Assembly (NCBI GenBank): GCA_934140155.1
Contig: CAKPBC010000001.1
Location: 32,981 to 96,980 of the forward strand
Reading direction: 5' to 3'
From: an uncultured Bacilli bacterium
Lineage (GTDB): Bacteria > Bacillota_I > Bacilli_A > RFN20 > CAG-826
DNA: 64,000 bases
In this document: in pieces, positions 33,410 through 45,288 of the stretch
How positions within the stretch are numbered: position 1 is the first letter of the stretch
Layout: each line of letters begins with the position of its first letter
The notes under the pieces: generated by a model
The model's input: only the letters and a program-made list of their open reading frames with translations
Told to the model about the DNA's origin: nothing
Databases searched by the model: none
Program-made: the position numbers and the translations under genes

Positions 33410-34174
33410 TTAACACTCCTTTTTATTACTTTCTAGTGTAAGGATTTCAACGCCATCCTTAGTTACTACAAGAGTATTTTCATAGTGGCTAGCTAATTTG
33501 CCATCTACCATTTTGACAGTCCATTCATCACTCATTACACGGGTATCGTATTTTCCCATTGCCACCATTGGTTCAATTGCAAGGCACATGCCTTCTTTTA
33601 AAATTGGACCATGTCCAGGTAATCCATAATTTGGAATTGCTGGATCTTCATGCATTTCGGTACCAATACCATGTCCTGTATAATCTCTTGGTAATGAATA
33701 ACCATGTTTTTCGCAATATTCTTGAATTGTATGCGAGATATCTGATAAGTGAATACCTGGTTTAATAATTTTAACAGCTTCGAAGAAACTTTCTTCTGTT
33801 ACTCTTACTAAACGAGCAGCTTCATCAGATATTTTTCCAACAGCATAAGTTCTTGCTGCATCTCCGTTATAGCCTTTATAAATAGCTCCAACGTCGACAG
33901 AAATAATATCTCCTTCTTTTAAAGGTTTATTGTTTGGAATACCATGCACTAATACTTCATTTACTGAAGTGCATATAGAGGCAGGGAATCCGCCGTATCC
34001 TAAGAAAGATGGAATTGCGCCTTGATCACGTATGGTTTTTTCGGCGATACGATTAAGTTCATTAGTCGTAACACCTGGTTTGATGTGTGGCTTTAGTGCA
34101 TCAAATACACTAGCCACAATCCTACCAGCCTCACGCATCAACACAATTTCTCGTGGTGATTTTAAGGTTATCAT
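33410..34174 (-). CDS. map: Methionine aminopeptidase type I
   Basis: 254 aa with metal ligands in conserved blocks. Confidence 0.92.
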   Translation of the reverse strand: MITLKSPREIVLMREAGRIVASVFDALKPHIKPGVTTNELNRIAEKTIRDQGAIPSFLGYGGFPASICTSVNEVLVHGIPNNKPLKEGDIISVDVGAIYKGYNGDAARTYAVGKISDEAARLVRVTEESFFEAVKIIKPGIHLSDISHTIQEYCEKHGYSLPRDYTGHGIGTEMHEDPAIPNYGLPGHGPILKEGMCLAIEPMVAMGKYDTRVMSDEWTVKMVDGKLASHYENTLVVTKDGVEILTLESNKKEC

Positions 34175-34180
34175 ACTTTT

Positions 34181-34834
34181 TTATTTGATCCTTTCAAAAA
34201 TATCACAAATGGTTTCGAAGACTTCATCTAATCCAAGTAAACCATCGACATTATGTAGAAGTCCACGTTTTTCGTAGAATTCCACTAATGGGAAGGTTTG
34301 ATGTTCATAAGCATCAAGTCTTACTGCTAAACTTTCTAATGTGTCATCTTTTCTTTGGACTAATTCGCCATTACAATAATCACAAACACCATCAACTTTT
34401 GGTTTTAATGTTTCGACATGGAATGGAGCTCCACAAGATTTACAAACACGTCTACCAGTAATTCTTTTTGTTAAGACATCACGATCAGCAGTGATATTAA
34501 CTACTGCTGTTATTGGACGATTAATTTCTTTTGTTAGTTCTTCTAATGCTTCTGCTTGAGGAATTGTTCTTGGGAATCCATCAAGTAAGAATCCATTAGC
34601 GCAATCATCTTTAGCAAGTCTTTCCTTAACTAAAGCGATTGTTACTTCATCAGGTACTAACAAACCTTTGTTGATATAACTTGCCGCTAAGACTCCAGTT
34701 GGAGTTTGAGCAGCTATCGCTTCTCTAAACATATCACCAGTTGAAATATGTGGGATATGATAAGAAGCAATAATCTTTTTAGCTTGTGTGCCTTTACCAG
34801 CACCAGGTGGGCCCATTAAAATAATGTTTAACAT
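34181..34834 (-). CDS. adk: Adenylate kinase (with Zn-binding LID Cys4)
   Basis: 217 aa with GPPGAGKGTQ P-loop and LID CKSCGAP...CDYC. Confidence 0.95.
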   Translation of the reverse strand: MLNIILMGPPGAGKGTQAKKIIASYHIPHISTGDMFREAIAAQTPTGVLAASYINKGLLVPDEVTIALVKERLAKDDCANGFLLDGFPRTIPQAEALEELTKEINRPITAVVNITADRDVLTKRITGRRVCKSCGAPFHVETLKPKVDGVCDYCNGELVQRKDDTLESLAVRLDAYEHQTFPLVEFYEKRGLLHNVDGLLGLDEVFETICDIFERIK

Positions 34835-34840
34835 TGTTTT

Positions 34841-36208
34841 TTACTCCCTTCCAGCACGGTTTTGAACTTCTTCGAAGCTCTTACCAGCAACCAAGCCATC
34901 AATTTGTGCACTAACTTCAAGAGCAACACCAACTACGATGATTAATCCTGTGCCACCTAGTGCTAATGATTGAGGAAGTAATCCAACCAATACTAACACA
35001 ACTGGTAACGCAGCAATAAATGCAAGAGCAAATGCACCAATGAAGGTTACACGATTTAATACTTTCTTTACGTATCTTTCTGTTTCATTACCAGGTTTAA
35101 TACCAGGAATGTAAGAACCATTCTTTTGGAAGTTTTCTGCCATTTGTTCTGGATTAATTTGTAATGAAGAATAGAAGAATGTAAAGGCTATAATGAGGAC
35201 AACATAGATAATCAAGCCCCATGGCATTTGCCATGTCTTTCCACCAAACCAAGGCATAGTGGTCATTTTTGAACTTGAGAATATGTTGAGCCATTCTGCA
35301 CTTGTATCCGCGCCATCAATGAAGCTCACAATTACTTGTGGTGCCATCATGATTGATGAAGCAAAGATAACAGGAATAACACCAGCAGAGTTAATCTTAA
35401 TTGGTAAGAAACTTGCTTGGCTATATCTCTGTCCAGTTCCACCGGATTTACCAGCATGTTGAACAGGGATTTTTCTTTTTGAACTTTCAATATAAATTAC
35501 GAATGTAATAATTGCTAAATAAGCAAGGATATATAATAAGAATCTTGCTCCACCTGCAACAATTAATGAAGGTTGTTTTGACAATAATGGGTTTGACATA
35601 TATTGTACAAACGCTTCAGCGATTTGTTTAGGTAATGAAACAACAATACCGGCAAAGATAATTACAGAAATACCATTACCAATACCTTTTACAGAAATTT
35701 GGTCACCTAACCACATAACTAACATACCACCAGCTACTAATACGGTAACTATATAGGCATAAGTTAAGAAGTCAGAGTTTGCAATCGTTGTAACTTCAAT
35801 GTATTCAGTAGCTTCCATGGTTTTTATAATACCATATGCTTGTACTGCACCAAGAAGTAAGGTTAAGTAACGAGTTGCCATTTCCATTTTCTTTCGACCA
35901 TATTGACCTTGTTTATTTAACTCGGTCAAGGCCGGTAATACATCCATTGAAAGTAATTGCACAATAATTTGTGCGGTAATATATGGTGACACACCCAAGG
36001 CGAATATGGAGAAACTTGATAATGCTCCACCGCCTAAAAGGTTCATCATACTTAAGACATCTAAACTATCAAATCCAGCATTATCACTGATTTTAACACC
36101 AGGAACTGAGATTGACGCTCCGATGCGGAAGACTAAGAGTATCATTAATGTAAAGAATATACGATCAACGATATCTTTATTTTTGAAGATTTGTCCGAGT
36201 TTTTTCAT
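34841..36208 (-). CDS. secY: Preprotein translocase subunit SecY
   Basis: Multi-TM protein. Start placed at MKKLGQIF, adjacent to the rplO stop; the track ORF extends to 36238. Confidence 0.92.
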   Translation of the reverse strand: MKKLGQIFKNKDIVDRIFFTLMILLVFRIGASISVPGVKISDNAGFDSLDVLSMMNLLGGGALSSFSIFALGVSPYITAQIIVQLLSMDVLPALTELNKQGQYGRKKMEMATRYLTLLLGAVQAYGIIKTMEATEYIEVTTIANSDFLTYAYIVTVLVAGGMLVMWLGDQISVKGIGNGISVIIFAGIVVSLPKQIAEAFVQYMSNPLLSKQPSLIVAGGARFLLYILAYLAIITFVIYIESSKRKIPVQHAGKSGGTGQRYSQASFLPIKINSAGVIPVIFASSIMMAPQVIVSFIDGADTSAEWLNIFSSSKMTTMPWFGGKTWQMPWGLIIYVVLIIAFTFFYSSLQINPEQMAENFQKNGSYIPGIKPGNETERYVKKVLNRVTFIGAFALAFIAALPVVLVLVGLLPQSLALGGTGLIIVVGVALEVSAQIDGLVAGKSFEEVQNRAGRE

Positions 36209-36209
36209 A

Positions 36210-36659
36210 TTACAATACCTCGGTTGTTCCGCCAGCATTCTTAATAGCTTCTTCGGCAGCCTTAGAGAACTTATGAGCAGAAACTTCTAACTTAACATTA
36301 AGTTTTCCGTTTCCTAAAATTTTAATTCCATCATATTCTTTACGGACTAAACCGACTTCTTTTAATAATGCAGGGGTGACTTTAGTGCCTTCTTCGAATT
36401 TATTTAACATTTCAACGTTAACTATTGCATAGTCAACATGTGAAATATTGTTAAATCCACGTTTTGGTAAACGACGATATAATGGGTTTTGTCCACCTTC
36501 AAATCCTAAACGGACTCCGCCGCCACTTCTAGAATTTTGACCTTTGGTACCTTTACCAGCAGTCTTTCCGTTTCCAGAACCAATTCCACGACCAGCGCGG
36601 AATGCTTTCTTACGTGATCCTTCTGTGTATTCGAGTTCATGCAGTTTCATATCTTGCAC
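36210..36659 (-). CDS. rplO: 50S ribosomal protein L15
   Basis: 149 aa, Gly/Arg-rich N-terminus. Confidence 0.93.
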   Translation of the reverse strand: MQDMKLHELEYTEGSRKKAFRAGRGIGSGNGKTAGKGTKGQNSRSGGGVRLGFEGGQNPLYRRLPKRGFNNISHVDYAIVNVEMLNKFEEGTKVTPALLKEVGLVRKEYDGIKILGNGKLNVKLEVSAHKFSKAAEEAIKNAGGTTEVL

Positions 36660-36695
36660 CTCCCTATAAATTATTGATTTATTTTTGGTTATAAA

Positions 36696-37319
36696 CTATT
36701 TACGTAATTCTTTGACTACATTGTATGATTTAACGTTATTCAAACCATTAACGGTTGCACGAATAACATTAATTGGTGTACGTGAGCCATAGACTTTTGA
36801 GTAAATGTTTCTAACGCCAGCTAATTCTAAGACAGCACGGACTGGACCACCAGCGATGATACCAGTACCTTCAGGTGCAGGTTTTAATAAAACTTTGCAA
36901 GCACCAAATTCACCATTAATTTCATGAGCGATTGTTCCGCCTTTAACTAAATGGACATGGAGCAAGTTTTTCTTAGCAGCTTCTGTAGCTTTCTTAATTG
37001 CATCTGGGACTTCTCCAGCCTTTCCAGTACCATAACCGAAACGGCCTTTGCCATCACCGATAACCATAAGTGCAGCAAATCTCATACGGCGTCCGCCTTT
37101 TACAGTTTTGCTAACACGGTTAATTGCAACTACGCGTTCATTGAATTCCTTTTCAGGTTTTTCACGGCGATCTCTACGATCGCCTCTACGGCCACCATCA
37201 CGGCGATCTTTACGATCACCACGAGGACGACGATCAGCTCTAGGAGCTTTTTCTGAATCAGTGTTTTCAGTATTTTCTACCACAGTTTCTTCAACTGGTG
37301 TTACTTTTTCTTCTGCCAT
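36696..37319 (-). CDS. rpsE: 30S ribosomal protein S5 with an Arg/Asp-rich N-terminal extension of about 40 aa
   Basis: 207 aa. Conserved S5 core from about residue 60 ([21 protein letters not shown]...); preceded by [27 protein letters not shown]. Confidence 0.92.
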   Translation of the reverse strand: MAEEKVTPVEETVVENTENTDSEKAPRADRRPRGDRKDRRDGGRRGDRRDRREKPEKEFNERVVAINRVSKTVKGGRRMRFAALMVIGDGKGRFGYGTGKAGEVPDAIKKATEAAKKNLLHVHLVKGGTIAHEINGEFGACKVLLKPAPEGTGIIAGGPVRAVLELAGVRNIYSKVYGSRTPINVIRATVNGLNNVKSYNVVKELRK

Positions 37320-37330
37320 TTTCTTTCCTC

Positions 37331-37687
37331 CTAGAATTCTAAGCCAGCTTCACGAGCGGCTTCTGCAACAGCTTTGACACGTCCATGGTAAACATAACCA
37401 GAACGATCAAATACTACTTTCTTTATACCTAAGGCAACGGCTTTTTCACCGATGTCCTTACCAACGGCTTGAGCGGCTTCAATGTTACCACCATTTGCTA
37501 ATTTAAGAGCAACTGATGATGAACTTACTAAAGTTACGCCTTTAACATCGTCGATAATTTGAGCATGAATGTTAGCATTTGCACGATAAACACTTAAACG
37601 AGGTGTTTCAGCTGTTCCGCTAATTTTAGCACGAACACGTTCATGACGTCTTGCACGAACTACTTGTCTTGATTCTTTATTAATCAT
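37331..37687 (-). CDS. rplR: 50S ribosomal protein L18
   Basis: 118 aa. Confidence 0.93.
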   Translation of the reverse strand: MINKESRQVVRARRHERVRAKISGTAETPRLSVYRANANIHAQIIDDVKGVTLVSSSSVALKLANGGNIEAAQAVGKDIGEKAVALGIKKVVFDRSGYVYHGRVKAVAEAAREAGLEF

Positions 37688-37708
37688 GTTTCATTTCCTC
37701 CTTACCGA

Positions 37709-38251
37709 CTATTTCTTACCAGCACGTTTTCCTTCTTTACGAAGAATAAACTCATCAGTATATTTAATACCTTTTCCTTTATAAGGTTCAGGTTCACGAA
37801 CTGCACGAATTCTTGCAGCAGTTTGTCCAACTGCTTGACGATCTGCACCTTCAACAACTACTTCTGTAGCAGATGGTGTAGAAATTTTTGCGCCAACATC
37901 AGGTACGATAACTACTTCGTGAGAATAACCAATATTTAATACTAAGTTTTCCCCTCTCATAGCAGCACGATAACCGATACCGACGATTTCTAATTTTTTC
38001 TTAAATCCTTCAGAAACACCGACTACCATATTGTGAAGTAATGCTCTTGTTGTACCATGGATAGTCTTCATAGTAATTGTATCATCTGGACGAACACAAG
38101 TAATAGTATTTCCTTCAACTTTATATGTAATATGTGGATTAAAGGTATTTGTTAAAGTTCCTTTAGGTCCTTTAACTGTTACATGGTTACCATCGAAATC
38201 AACAGTAACACCTGCAGGTATTTCAATAACTTTATGACCAATACGTGACAT
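37709..38251 (-). CDS. rplF: 50S ribosomal protein L6
   Basis: Start placed at MSRIGHKVIEIP; the track ORF is 6 codons longer. Confidence 0.93.
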   Translation of the reverse strand: MSRIGHKVIEIPAGVTVDFDGNHVTVKGPKGTLTNTFNPHITYKVEGNTITCVRPDDTITMKTIHGTTRALLHNMVVGVSEGFKKKLEIVGIGYRAAMRGENLVLNIGYSHEVVIVPDVGAKISTPSATEVVVEGADRQAVGQTAARIRAVREPEPYKGKGIKYTDEFILRKEGKRAGKK

Positions 38252-38262
38252 ACTGTTACCTC

Positions 38263-38652
38263 CTACCAAACATAAGCGATAACTTCGCCGCCGATGCCAA
38301 GAGCACGGGCTTTCTTATCACTCATTAAACCTTGAGAAGTAGATATAATAGCAATACCTAATCCTCTTAATACACGTGGAAGTTTGTCAGCAGGGACATT
38401 AACACGTAATCCAGGTTTAGAGATTTTCTTTAAACCAGAGATAACACGTTCTCCACCAACGTATTTTAAAGTAATAGTTAATTCTTTCTTTACATCACCA
38501 AGAACGATGAAATCGTTAATGAAACCTTCTTCTTTTAAGATTTCAGCGATATGTACTTTCATATTTGAACTTGGCATTGTAACTGATTCATGACGCATCA
38601 CATTTGCGTTACGAATTCTTGTAAGCATATCTGCAATAGGATCTGTCATCAT
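38263..38652 (-). CDS. rpsH: 30S ribosomal protein S8
   Basis: 129 aa. Confidence 0.95.
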   Translation of the reverse strand: MMTDPIADMLTRIRNANVMRHESVTMPSSNMKVHIAEILKEEGFINDFIVLGDVKKELTITLKYVGGERVISGLKKISKPGLRVNVPADKLPRVLRGLGIAIISTSQGLMSDKKARALGIGGEVIAYVW

Positions 38653-38672
38653 AACTCATTTTCCTCCTTTGC

Positions 38673-38858
38673 TTACCAGCTTGCCTTTTTCATACCTGGA
38701 ATTTCGCCTTTATAAGCTAATTCACGAAGGCAGATACGGCATAATTTGAATTTACGAATTACTGCGTGAGGACGTCCACAACGTTCGCAACGTGTGTATT
38801 CTCTAACTGCATATTTTTGTGGTCGTGCACAACGAACCTTAATAGATGTTTTTGCCAT
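38673..38858 (-). CDS. rpsN: 30S ribosomal protein S14 type Z (zinc-binding short form)
   Basis: 61 aa with CERCGRP...CRIC zinc ribbon. Confidence 0.93.
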   Translation of the reverse strand: MAKTSIKVRCARPQKYAVREYTRCERCGRPHAVIRKFKLCRICLRELAYKGEIPGMKKASW

Positions 38859-38874
38859 TTAGATGTCCTCCTTC

Positions 38875-39414
38875 TTATTTATGGAATGGCATACCGATTA
38901 ATTCAAGCAATGTGAATGCTTCTTCATCAGTATTTGCTGTTGTTACAACAACAATATCCATACCACGTACTTTAGTGACTTTTTCATAACTAATTTCTGG
39001 GAAAATTAATTGTTCTTTGACGCCTAATGTGTAATTACCACGGCCATCAAAAGCATTTTTGCTAATACCACGGAAGTCTCTAACACGTGGTAATGAGATA
39101 GAGATTAACTTATCAAGGAATTCATACATTCTTTCTCCTCTTAAAGTAACCTTACAACCAATTGCTTGTCCTTCACGTAATTTGAAAGAAGCGATTGATT
39201 TCTTTGCTCTTGTAATAACAGGTTTTTGTCCTGTGATTTGAGCTAATTCTGCAACTGAATCATCTAATAACTTAGCATTAGAAGTTGCATCACCAACACC
39301 GACGTTAATAACGATTTTTTCGATGTGTGGAACTTGCATAACAGAAGCATAGTGATATTTTTCCATTAATGCAGGTACGATTTGGGTAGTGTATTTTTCT
39401 TTTAATCTATTCAT
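38875..39414 (-). CDS. rplE: 50S ribosomal protein L5
   Basis: 179 aa. Confidence 0.95.
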   Translation of the reverse strand: MNRLKEKYTTQIVPALMEKYHYASVMQVPHIEKIVINVGVGDATSNAKLLDDSVAELAQITGQKPVITRAKKSIASFKLREGQAIGCKVTLRGERMYEFLDKLISISLPRVRDFRGISKNAFDGRGNYTLGVKEQLIFPEISYEKVTKVRGMDIVVVTTANTDEEAFTLLELIGMPFHK

Positions 39415-39428
39415 AATACTCTAACCTC

Positions 39429-39737
39429 CTATTTAACAACGCTCTTGCTAGCTTTTGTTACACGGACTTTTTCGCCCTTAACAACTTCATAGCCAACACG
39501 TGTTGCTTTCTTTGTTTTTGGATCTACAAGTGCTACATTACTAACATGAATAGGAGCATAGATATCAACAATACTTCCCTCTGGGTTAGTTTGTGTAGGT
39601 TTTTTATGTTTTTTGTGAACGTTAACGCCTTCAACAACGACACGGTCTAAACGAGGATATGCTTTTTGAACAATACCAGTTTTACCTTTGTCAGCGCCAG
39701 CGATAACGATGACTTTATCACCTTTTTTGATTTTCAT
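39429..39737 (-). CDS. rplX: 50S ribosomal protein L24
   Basis: 102 aa, KOW motif. Confidence 0.93.
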   Translation of the reverse strand: MKIKKGDKVIVIAGADKGKTGIVQKAYPRLDRVVVEGVNVHKKHKKPTQTNPEGSIVDIYAPIHVSNVALVDPKTKKATRVGYEVVKGEKVRVTKASKSVVK

Positions 39738-39752
39738 TTTGGCTACCTCCTA

Positions 39753-40127
39753 TTATAAGACTTCGATAGCTAAGGAAACGATCTTCATAAATTTATCGCC
39801 CTTATCACGAAGTTCACGAGCAACAGGTCCAAAGACACGTGTGCCACGTGGAGTACCATCATCATTGATTAAGACAATTGCATTGTCATCAAATCTAATG
39901 GTTGAACCATCAGGTCTGTTATAAGCCTTTTTAGTTCTAACGATAACACCTTTAACGATGTCACCTTTTTTAACTTTTCCGTTTGGAATAGCATCTTTTA
40001 CTGAGCATAAGACAATGTCTCCAACGCCAGAACTTTTACGGTGAGAACCACCGAATAAGTGGAAGACACGAACTGATTTAGCACCAGTATTATCTGCTAC
40101 AACAAGATTTGTTTCTGTTTGTATCAT
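39753..40127 (-). CDS. rplN: 50S ribosomal protein L14
   Basis: 124 aa [17 protein letters not shown]... Confidence 0.95.
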   Translation of the reverse strand: MIQTETNLVVADNTGAKSVRVFHLFGGSHRKSSGVGDIVLCSVKDAIPNGKVKKGDIVKGVIVRTKKAYNRPDGSTIRFDDNAIVLINDDGTPRGTRVFGPVARELRDKGDKFMKIVSLAIEVL

Positions 40128-40141
40128 ACTTTATCTTCCTC

Positions 40142-40405
40142 CTATTTTTCATTTTCTGTGTTTACGACAGCAACTAAACGATAACGTTTTCTAGCTGATA
40201 AAGGACGAGTTTCCATGATAGTAACAACATCACCAATTTTTGCAACATTGTTTTCATCGTGTGCTAAATATTTCTTAGCGTATTTAACTCTCTTACCATA
40301 CTTTGGATGTCTTTTGTGAGTTTCGACTAAAACAGTAATTGTTTTGTCCATTTTGTCAGATGTAACTACGCCTTGAATAACACGGCGGGTATTTCTTTCT
40401 TCCAT
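40142..40405 (-). CDS. rpsQ: 30S ribosomal protein S17
   Basis: 87 aa. Confidence 0.93.
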   Translation of the reverse strand: MEERNTRRVIQGVVTSDKMDKTITVLVETHKRHPKYGKRVKYAKKYLAHDENNVAKIGDVVTIMETRPLSARKRYRLVAVVNTENEK

Positions 40406-40417
40406 GTTTCAGTCCTC

Positions 40418-40615
40418 CTATTTAATTCCCAATTCACGTTCTCTAAGAACGGTATTGATACGGGCAATATCCTTACGGATATAATTCAATTGCATAGGTT
40501 TTTCAAGTTGTCCAACAGCTTGTTTACGGCGTAAGTTGAATAACTCTTCCTTCAATTGATAAACTTTTTCATTAAGTTCAGAAGTGCTTAACTCTCTAAT
40601 TTCGCTTAATTTCAT
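40418..40615 (-). CDS. rpmC: 50S ribosomal protein L29
   Basis: 65 aa. Confidence 0.9.
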   Translation of the reverse strand: MKLSEIRELSTSELNEKVYQLKEELFNLRRKQAVGQLEKPMQLNYIRKDIARINTVLRERELGIK

Positions 40616-40617
40616 GT

Positions 40618-41037
40618 TTATTCACCCTTTCCTTCTTTTGCTATGACACGAGTTCTAATTGGTAATTTGTAAGCTGCTAAGCGAAGTGCTTCGCGAGCAT
40701 TTGCTTCTCCAACTCCACCAATTTCAAACATGACACGGCCAGTTTTAACAACTGCAACCCATGACTCTGGGCTACCTTTACCAGAACCCATACGAACTTC
40801 GGCAGGTTTCTTTGTTTTTGCCATTTGTGGGAATATACGAATCCAAACTTGTCCGCCTCTTTTTGTGTATCTTGATAATACAACACGGGCAGCTTCGATT
40901 TGGCGAGCTGTAATATAATTTCCCGAAGTAGCTTGGAGACCGAATTCACCAAATGATACTTCATTACCAGCTTTAGATTTTCCTTCATATTTTAAACTAT
41001 GAGGTCTTCTATACTTAACTCTCTTTGGTTGTAACAT
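40618..41037 (-). CDS. rplP: 50S ribosomal protein L16
   Basis: 139 aa. Confidence 0.95.
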   Translation of the reverse strand: MLQPKRVKYRRPHSLKYEGKSKAGNEVSFGEFGLQATSGNYITARQIEAARVVLSRYTKRGGQVWIRIFPQMAKTKKPAEVRMGSGKGSPESWVAVVKTGRVMFEIGGVGEANAREALRLAAYKLPIRTRVIAKEGKGE

Positions 41038-41042
41038 GTGAA

Positions 41043-41714
41043 TTATTCTCCTTTCTTAACTACGTTTTTAACAGGACGAACTTCACCACGGCAGATCCAG
41101 ACTTTAACGCCTAAACGACCATAGGTAGTTGCAGCTTCTGCTAATGCATAGTCAATATCAGAACGAAGTGTATGTAGAGGGATGATACCTTCTTTATAAC
41201 CTTCGCTACGAGCAATATCAGCTCCGCCTAAACGACCAGAGACAACTGTTCTACAGCCTTTTGCGCCAGCTTTACGAACATCTCTAATTGCCATTTTTTG
41301 AGCAGTTCTGAATGAAGCACGTTCTTCTAATTTACGTGCGATTGTTTGAGCAACAATATTTGCATCAAGATTTGGTTCTTTAACATCAACAACTTCTAAG
41401 CCGAATTTTTGTTTCTTTAAAATTTTGCTTAATTGTTTTTTGACAGCGTTAATATTGTCACCATTTTGACCGAGCGCGACGCCAACACGAGCGACGTGAA
41501 CCATAATTTTAATATAGTTATTAGTTTCGGTTTTTTGTCTTTCGATATCAATGTGAGATACTAAAGCATCTTTAAGAGCTTTAGATAAGAATTCACGGAT
41601 TTTAATATCTTCGTTTAAGAAGGTTGCGAAATCTTGGTTATTTGCATACCATCTTGAATGCCAATCACGATTGACACCAAAACGCATACCATTTGGATTA
41701 ACTTTTTGACCCAT
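41043..41714 (-). CDS. rpsC: 30S ribosomal protein S3
   Basis: 223 aa with KH domain. Confidence 0.95.
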   Translation of the reverse strand: MGQKVNPNGMRFGVNRDWHSRWYANNQDFATFLNEDIKIREFLSKALKDALVSHIDIERQKTETNNYIKIMVHVARVGVALGQNGDNINAVKKQLSKILKKQKFGLEVVDVKEPNLDANIVAQTIARKLEERASFRTAQKMAIRDVRKAGAKGCRTVVSGRLGGADIARSEGYKEGIIPLHTLRSDIDYALAEAATTYGRLGVKVWICRGEVRPVKNVVKKGE

Positions 41715-41728
41715 AAAATTGCTTCCTC

Positions 41729-42070
41729 CTATCTTTCTTTGACCACAACGGTAATGTGGGCAGTTCTTTTTACTAAGCCAGATGCTGATCCTTTAGCACG
41801 AGGTAAGTATCTCTTCATGCGTGGACCATCATTTGCATAAATTTCAGCGACGTATAATTTATCTTCATCCATTTCGTGGTTGTTGATAGCATTTGCGGCA
41901 GCTGATCTAATTAATTTGTCTACGATTGGTGTAGCAGATTTATTAGTATTAGCTAAGATTCCTAATGCAACCTTAACATCTTTTCCACGAACTAAATCGA
42001 TAACTAAGCGGCACTTTCTAGGAGTGACTCTTACTGATGTAACTGTTGCTTTTGCTTCTGTTGCTTTCAT
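41729..42070 (-). CDS. rplV: 50S ribosomal protein L22
   Basis: 113 aa. Confidence 0.93.
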   Translation of the reverse strand: MKATEAKATVTSVRVTPRKCRLVIDLVRGKDVKVALGILANTNKSATPIVDKLIRSAAANAINNHEMDEDKLYVAEIYANDGPRMKRYLPRAKGSASGLVKRTAHITVVVKER

Positions 42071-42083
42071 ATTTTAACACTCC

Positions 42084-42377
42084 TTACTTAGCGGCATTTG
42101 CAGCTTTATCTTCTGCAGTATGTCCGGTATGACCTTTGTAGGTACGAGTAGGTGCAAATTCACCTAATTTATGACCGACCATATCTTCTGTTACATAAAC
42201 AGTAATATGTTCGTGACCATTGTAAACTGCAAAGGTATGTTCAACGAATTGTGGATAAATAACTGATCTTCTTGACCAAGTTTTAATAATTTCTTTTTTG
42301 TTTGCAGCATTTAGTGCTTCAACTTTTTTCATTAAGTGTTCATCACAGAATGCGCCTTTTTTCAAACTACGAGCCAT
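42084..42377 (-). CDS. rpsS: 30S ribosomal protein S19
   Basis: 97 aa. Confidence 0.95.
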   Translation of the reverse strand: MARSLKKGAFCDEHLMKKVEALNAANKKEIIKTWSRRSVIYPQFVEHTFAVYNGHEHITVYVTEDMVGHKLGEFAPTRTYKGHTGHTAEDKAANAAK

Positions 42378-42399
42378 GTTTCATTTCCTCCTTTGCCTA

Positions 42400-43230
42400 T
42401 TAACGGTCTCTTCTTCTAACGATTAAACGGTTAGATGCTTTCTTTGTGTTTCTTGTCTTGACACCAAGAGCTCTCTTACCCCAAGGTGTACGAGGTGCAT
42501 CACGTCCGACAGGACATTTACCTTCACCACCACCATGTGGGTGATCACATGGGTTCATTACAGAACCACGAACTGTTGGACGGACACCGTACCAACGATT
42601 TTTACCAGCCTTACCTAAGTTGACTAAGTTCCAGTCTTCATTACCAACTTCACCAACTGTAGCACGGCAAGTATTTAATACTTTACGAACTTCAGAACTT
42701 GCTAAACGGATAATAACATATTTTCCTTCTTTACCAAGAACTTGAGCACTTGTACCAGCAGCACGGCATAATTGACCGCCTTTGCCAGGATAAAGTTCAA
42801 CGTTATGAACTAAGGTACCTTCAGGGATATTACCAATGTTCATGGCATTACCCACTTTAATATCAACTGCTTCGCCAGATACTACTTTGTCTCCAACTTT
42901 GATTCCTTTTGGAGCAATGATGTAAGACTTTGTACCATCAACATAGTTGATTAAGCAAATATTTGCATTTCTGTTTGGATCGTATTCAACAGTAGCAACT
43001 GTTGCAGGGATTCCATCTTTTACTCTCTTGAAGTCAACAAGACGGTACTTACGTTTATTTCCTCCACCAATATGGCGAGTTGTGATGCGGCCGTTGTTAT
43101 TACGACCACCAGTTTTCTTAATGCTAACTAATAAACTTTTTTCAGGAGTACTTGTTGTAATTTCTTCAAATGTCGAGTTTGTCATTTGGCGACGGCTTGG
43201 AGTCGTCGGTTTGTATGTTCTAATTGACAT
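42400..43230 (-). CDS. rplB: 50S ribosomal protein L2
   Basis: 276 aa. Confidence 0.95.
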   Translation of the reverse strand: MSIRTYKPTTPSRRQMTNSTFEEITTSTPEKSLLVSIKKTGGRNNNGRITTRHIGGGNKRKYRLVDFKRVKDGIPATVATVEYDPNRNANICLINYVDGTKSYIIAPKGIKVGDKVVSGEAVDIKVGNAMNIGNIPEGTLVHNVELYPGKGGQLCRAAGTSAQVLGKEGKYVIIRLASSEVRKVLNTCRATVGEVGNEDWNLVNLGKAGKNRWYGVRPTVRGSVMNPCDHPHGGGEGKCPVGRDAPRTPWGKRALGVKTRNTKKASNRLIVRRRDR

Positions 43231-43280
43231 AATATCTTTCTCCTATATTTAAATTTTTCTATATCCTTATATATAAAGGA

Positions 43281-43619
43281 CTATTCTTTGAATAAATCTA
43301 AGGCTTCACCATCAGCAAGTGTAACAATTGCTTTTTTGTATCCAGGAATCATACCAGGATAACGTGTGCCTCTTTTAGCTGCTTTTGTATCAACATTAAT
43401 AATGTTGACTTCTTTTACTTTGACTTGGAATACTGATTCGAAAGCCATTTTGATTTCAGCACGATTAGCTGACTTTAATACTTCAACAACAATCTTGTTT
43501 TGGTTTTGAGCCATAGCCATTGATTTTTCAGTGATAACTGGACGAACAATGACATCAAATTGTTTTGGAGTTGGTTTTGCGAAGCGCTTTTCTGCGGCTT
43601 CTTGAGTTTTCTTTGCCAT
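43281..43619 (-). CDS. rplW: 50S ribosomal protein L23 (about 17-aa N-terminal extension)
   Basis: 112 aa; conserved L23 core. Confidence 0.9.
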   Translation of the reverse strand: MAKKTQEAAEKRFAKPTPKQFDVIVRPVITEKSMAMAQNQNKIVVEVLKSANRAEIKMAFESVFQVKVKEVNIINVDTKAAKRGTRYPGMIPGYKKAIVTLADGEALDLFKE

Positions 43620-44263
43620 TATTTAAGTGCCTCCTCAACTGCTTTGATAGCTGCCTTTGTTGCAACGACAGTATCAACATTTAATAAGTCATAAACACAA
43701 ACATTATCAGTTGGAACAATCATTGTACCAGGAATATTTCTTGCAGCCTTAATAACATTTTCATTTTCTTCATCTAATACGATTAGGACTTTCTTACCAG
43801 CGTTAACTGCTTTTAAAACACTAACCATATTTTTTGTTTTTGCATCTGCTAAATCTAATTTATCAAATACAACAACTGCTTTTTCTTTTACTTTTAAAGA
43901 TAAAGCTGAACGAAGAGCTAAGTTGTGAGCTGCTTTATTCATTGATAATGAGTAATTTTGTCTTCCGTCTGGTCCAAATACGGTACCACCGCCAACCCAA
44001 ATTGGAGAACGGCTAGATCCTGCACGAGCACGACCTGTACCTTTTTGTTTCCATGGTTTTTTACCGCCACCGCTAACTTCAGAACGAACTTTAGTTTTTG
44101 CAGTAGCTTGACGTTTGTTAGCTTGATAAACTTGAACAGCATCAAACATAACTGATTTATTAGGTTCAATGTTAAATACTTCACCTTTAAGTAACATATT
44201 TGAAACATTTTCGCCAGTCATAGATACGACTGGAACCTTAACGTTCTTTACTTTCTCTGCCAT
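43619..44263 (-). CDS. rplD: 50S ribosomal protein L4
   Basis: 214 aa. Confidence 0.95.
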   Translation of the reverse strand: MAEKVKNVKVPVVSMTGENVSNMLLKGEVFNIEPNKSVMFDAVQVYQANKRQATAKTKVRSEVSGGGKKPWKQKGTGRARAGSSRSPIWVGGGTVFGPDGRQNYSLSMNKAAHNLALRSALSLKVKEKAVVVFDKLDLADAKTKNMVSVLKAVNAGKKVLIVLDEENENVIKAARNIPGTMIVPTDNVCVYDLLNVDTVVATKAAIKAVEEALK

Positions 44264-44275
44264 AGTTATACCTCA

Positions 44276-44962
44276 CTATTCTGCTGCAGCAGCAGTGTTG
44301 TTTACTAAAGTCTTAATAACTTTTGCGCTTTTTTGAGCTTTAACAGCACTTCTTACTGTAACGATTGATTTTGTAGGTCCAGGAATTGCACCTTTTACTA
44401 AGAGAGCATTCTTTGATGCATCAACTGCAACAACAACTAAGTTTAAGATAGTTGCGGTTTTGTTACCGTGATGACCAGCAGATTTCTTACCAGGATGAAT
44501 ACGGTTGTTTGTTCTACCGATTGTTGCATAAGATCCTGAGCCTCTGTGATAGCCAGATCCATGTCCTTTAGGTCCGATTGTGTAGCCATAGCGTTTAATA
44601 GCACCAGAGAAACCTTTACCTTTGCTTGTACCAGTAACGTCGATTACGTCACCAGCTTGGAAAATATCAACAGTGATTGAATCACCAACGTTGTATTTAG
44701 CCATTTCATCACCCTTAAGTTCTCTTAATTCGTACTTAGGTGTGGTGTTTGCTTTAGCGAAGATACCCTTTTCAGCTTTGTTAGCACGATTTTCTTTCTT
44801 TTCTTCGTAGCCAACTTGGATAGCTTCATAACCATCTTTTTCGATGGTTTTCTTTTGAGTTACGACATTTGGTAAAACTTCGATAACTGTAACTGGATAC
44901 ATTGTTCCATCAGTAGCGAAGACTTGAGTCATACCCATTTTACGTCCTACTATTTGTTTCAC
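44276..44962 (-). CDS. rplC: 50S ribosomal protein L3
   Basis: 228 aa. Confidence 0.95.
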   Translation of the reverse strand: MKQIVGRKMGMTQVFATDGTMYPVTVIEVLPNVVTQKKTIEKDGYEAIQVGYEEKKENRANKAEKGIFAKANTTPKYELRELKGDEMAKYNVGDSITVDIFQAGDVIDVTGTSKGKGFSGAIKRYGYTIGPKGHGSGYHRGSGSYATIGRTNNRIHPGKKSAGHHGNKTATILNLVVVAVDASKNALLVKGAIPGPTKSIVTVRSAVKAQKSAKVIKTLVNNTAAAAE

Positions 44963-44976
44963 GATGTTTTACCTCC

Positions 44977-45288
44977 TTATAACTTGATATCGATATTGAC
45001 ACCACTTGGTAAGGATAATCTACGTAATGCATCTACTGTTTCCTTAGTTGGGTTAACAATATCAATTAGTCTCTTGTGAGTTCTAATTTCAAATTGTTCA
45101 CGAGCATCTTTATATTTGTGAACAGCTCTTAAGATTGTATAAACTTGTTTTTCCGTTGGTAGTGGAATAGGACCTACAACCTTGGCCCCAGATTTAGTTG
45201 CCGCATCAATGATCTTTTCGACTGAAACATCGACTAATTTGTGATCATAAGCTTGTAAGCGGACTCTAATCTTTTTACTTTTAGCCAT
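44977..45288 (-). CDS. rpsJ: 30S ribosomal protein S10
   Basis: 103 aa, first gene of the S10 operon. Confidence 0.95.
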   Translation of the reverse strand: MAKSKKIRVRLQAYDHKLVDVSVEKIIDAATKSGAKVVGPIPLPTEKQVYTILRAVHKYKDAREQFEIRTHKRLIDIVNPTKETVDALRRLSLPSGVNIDIKL

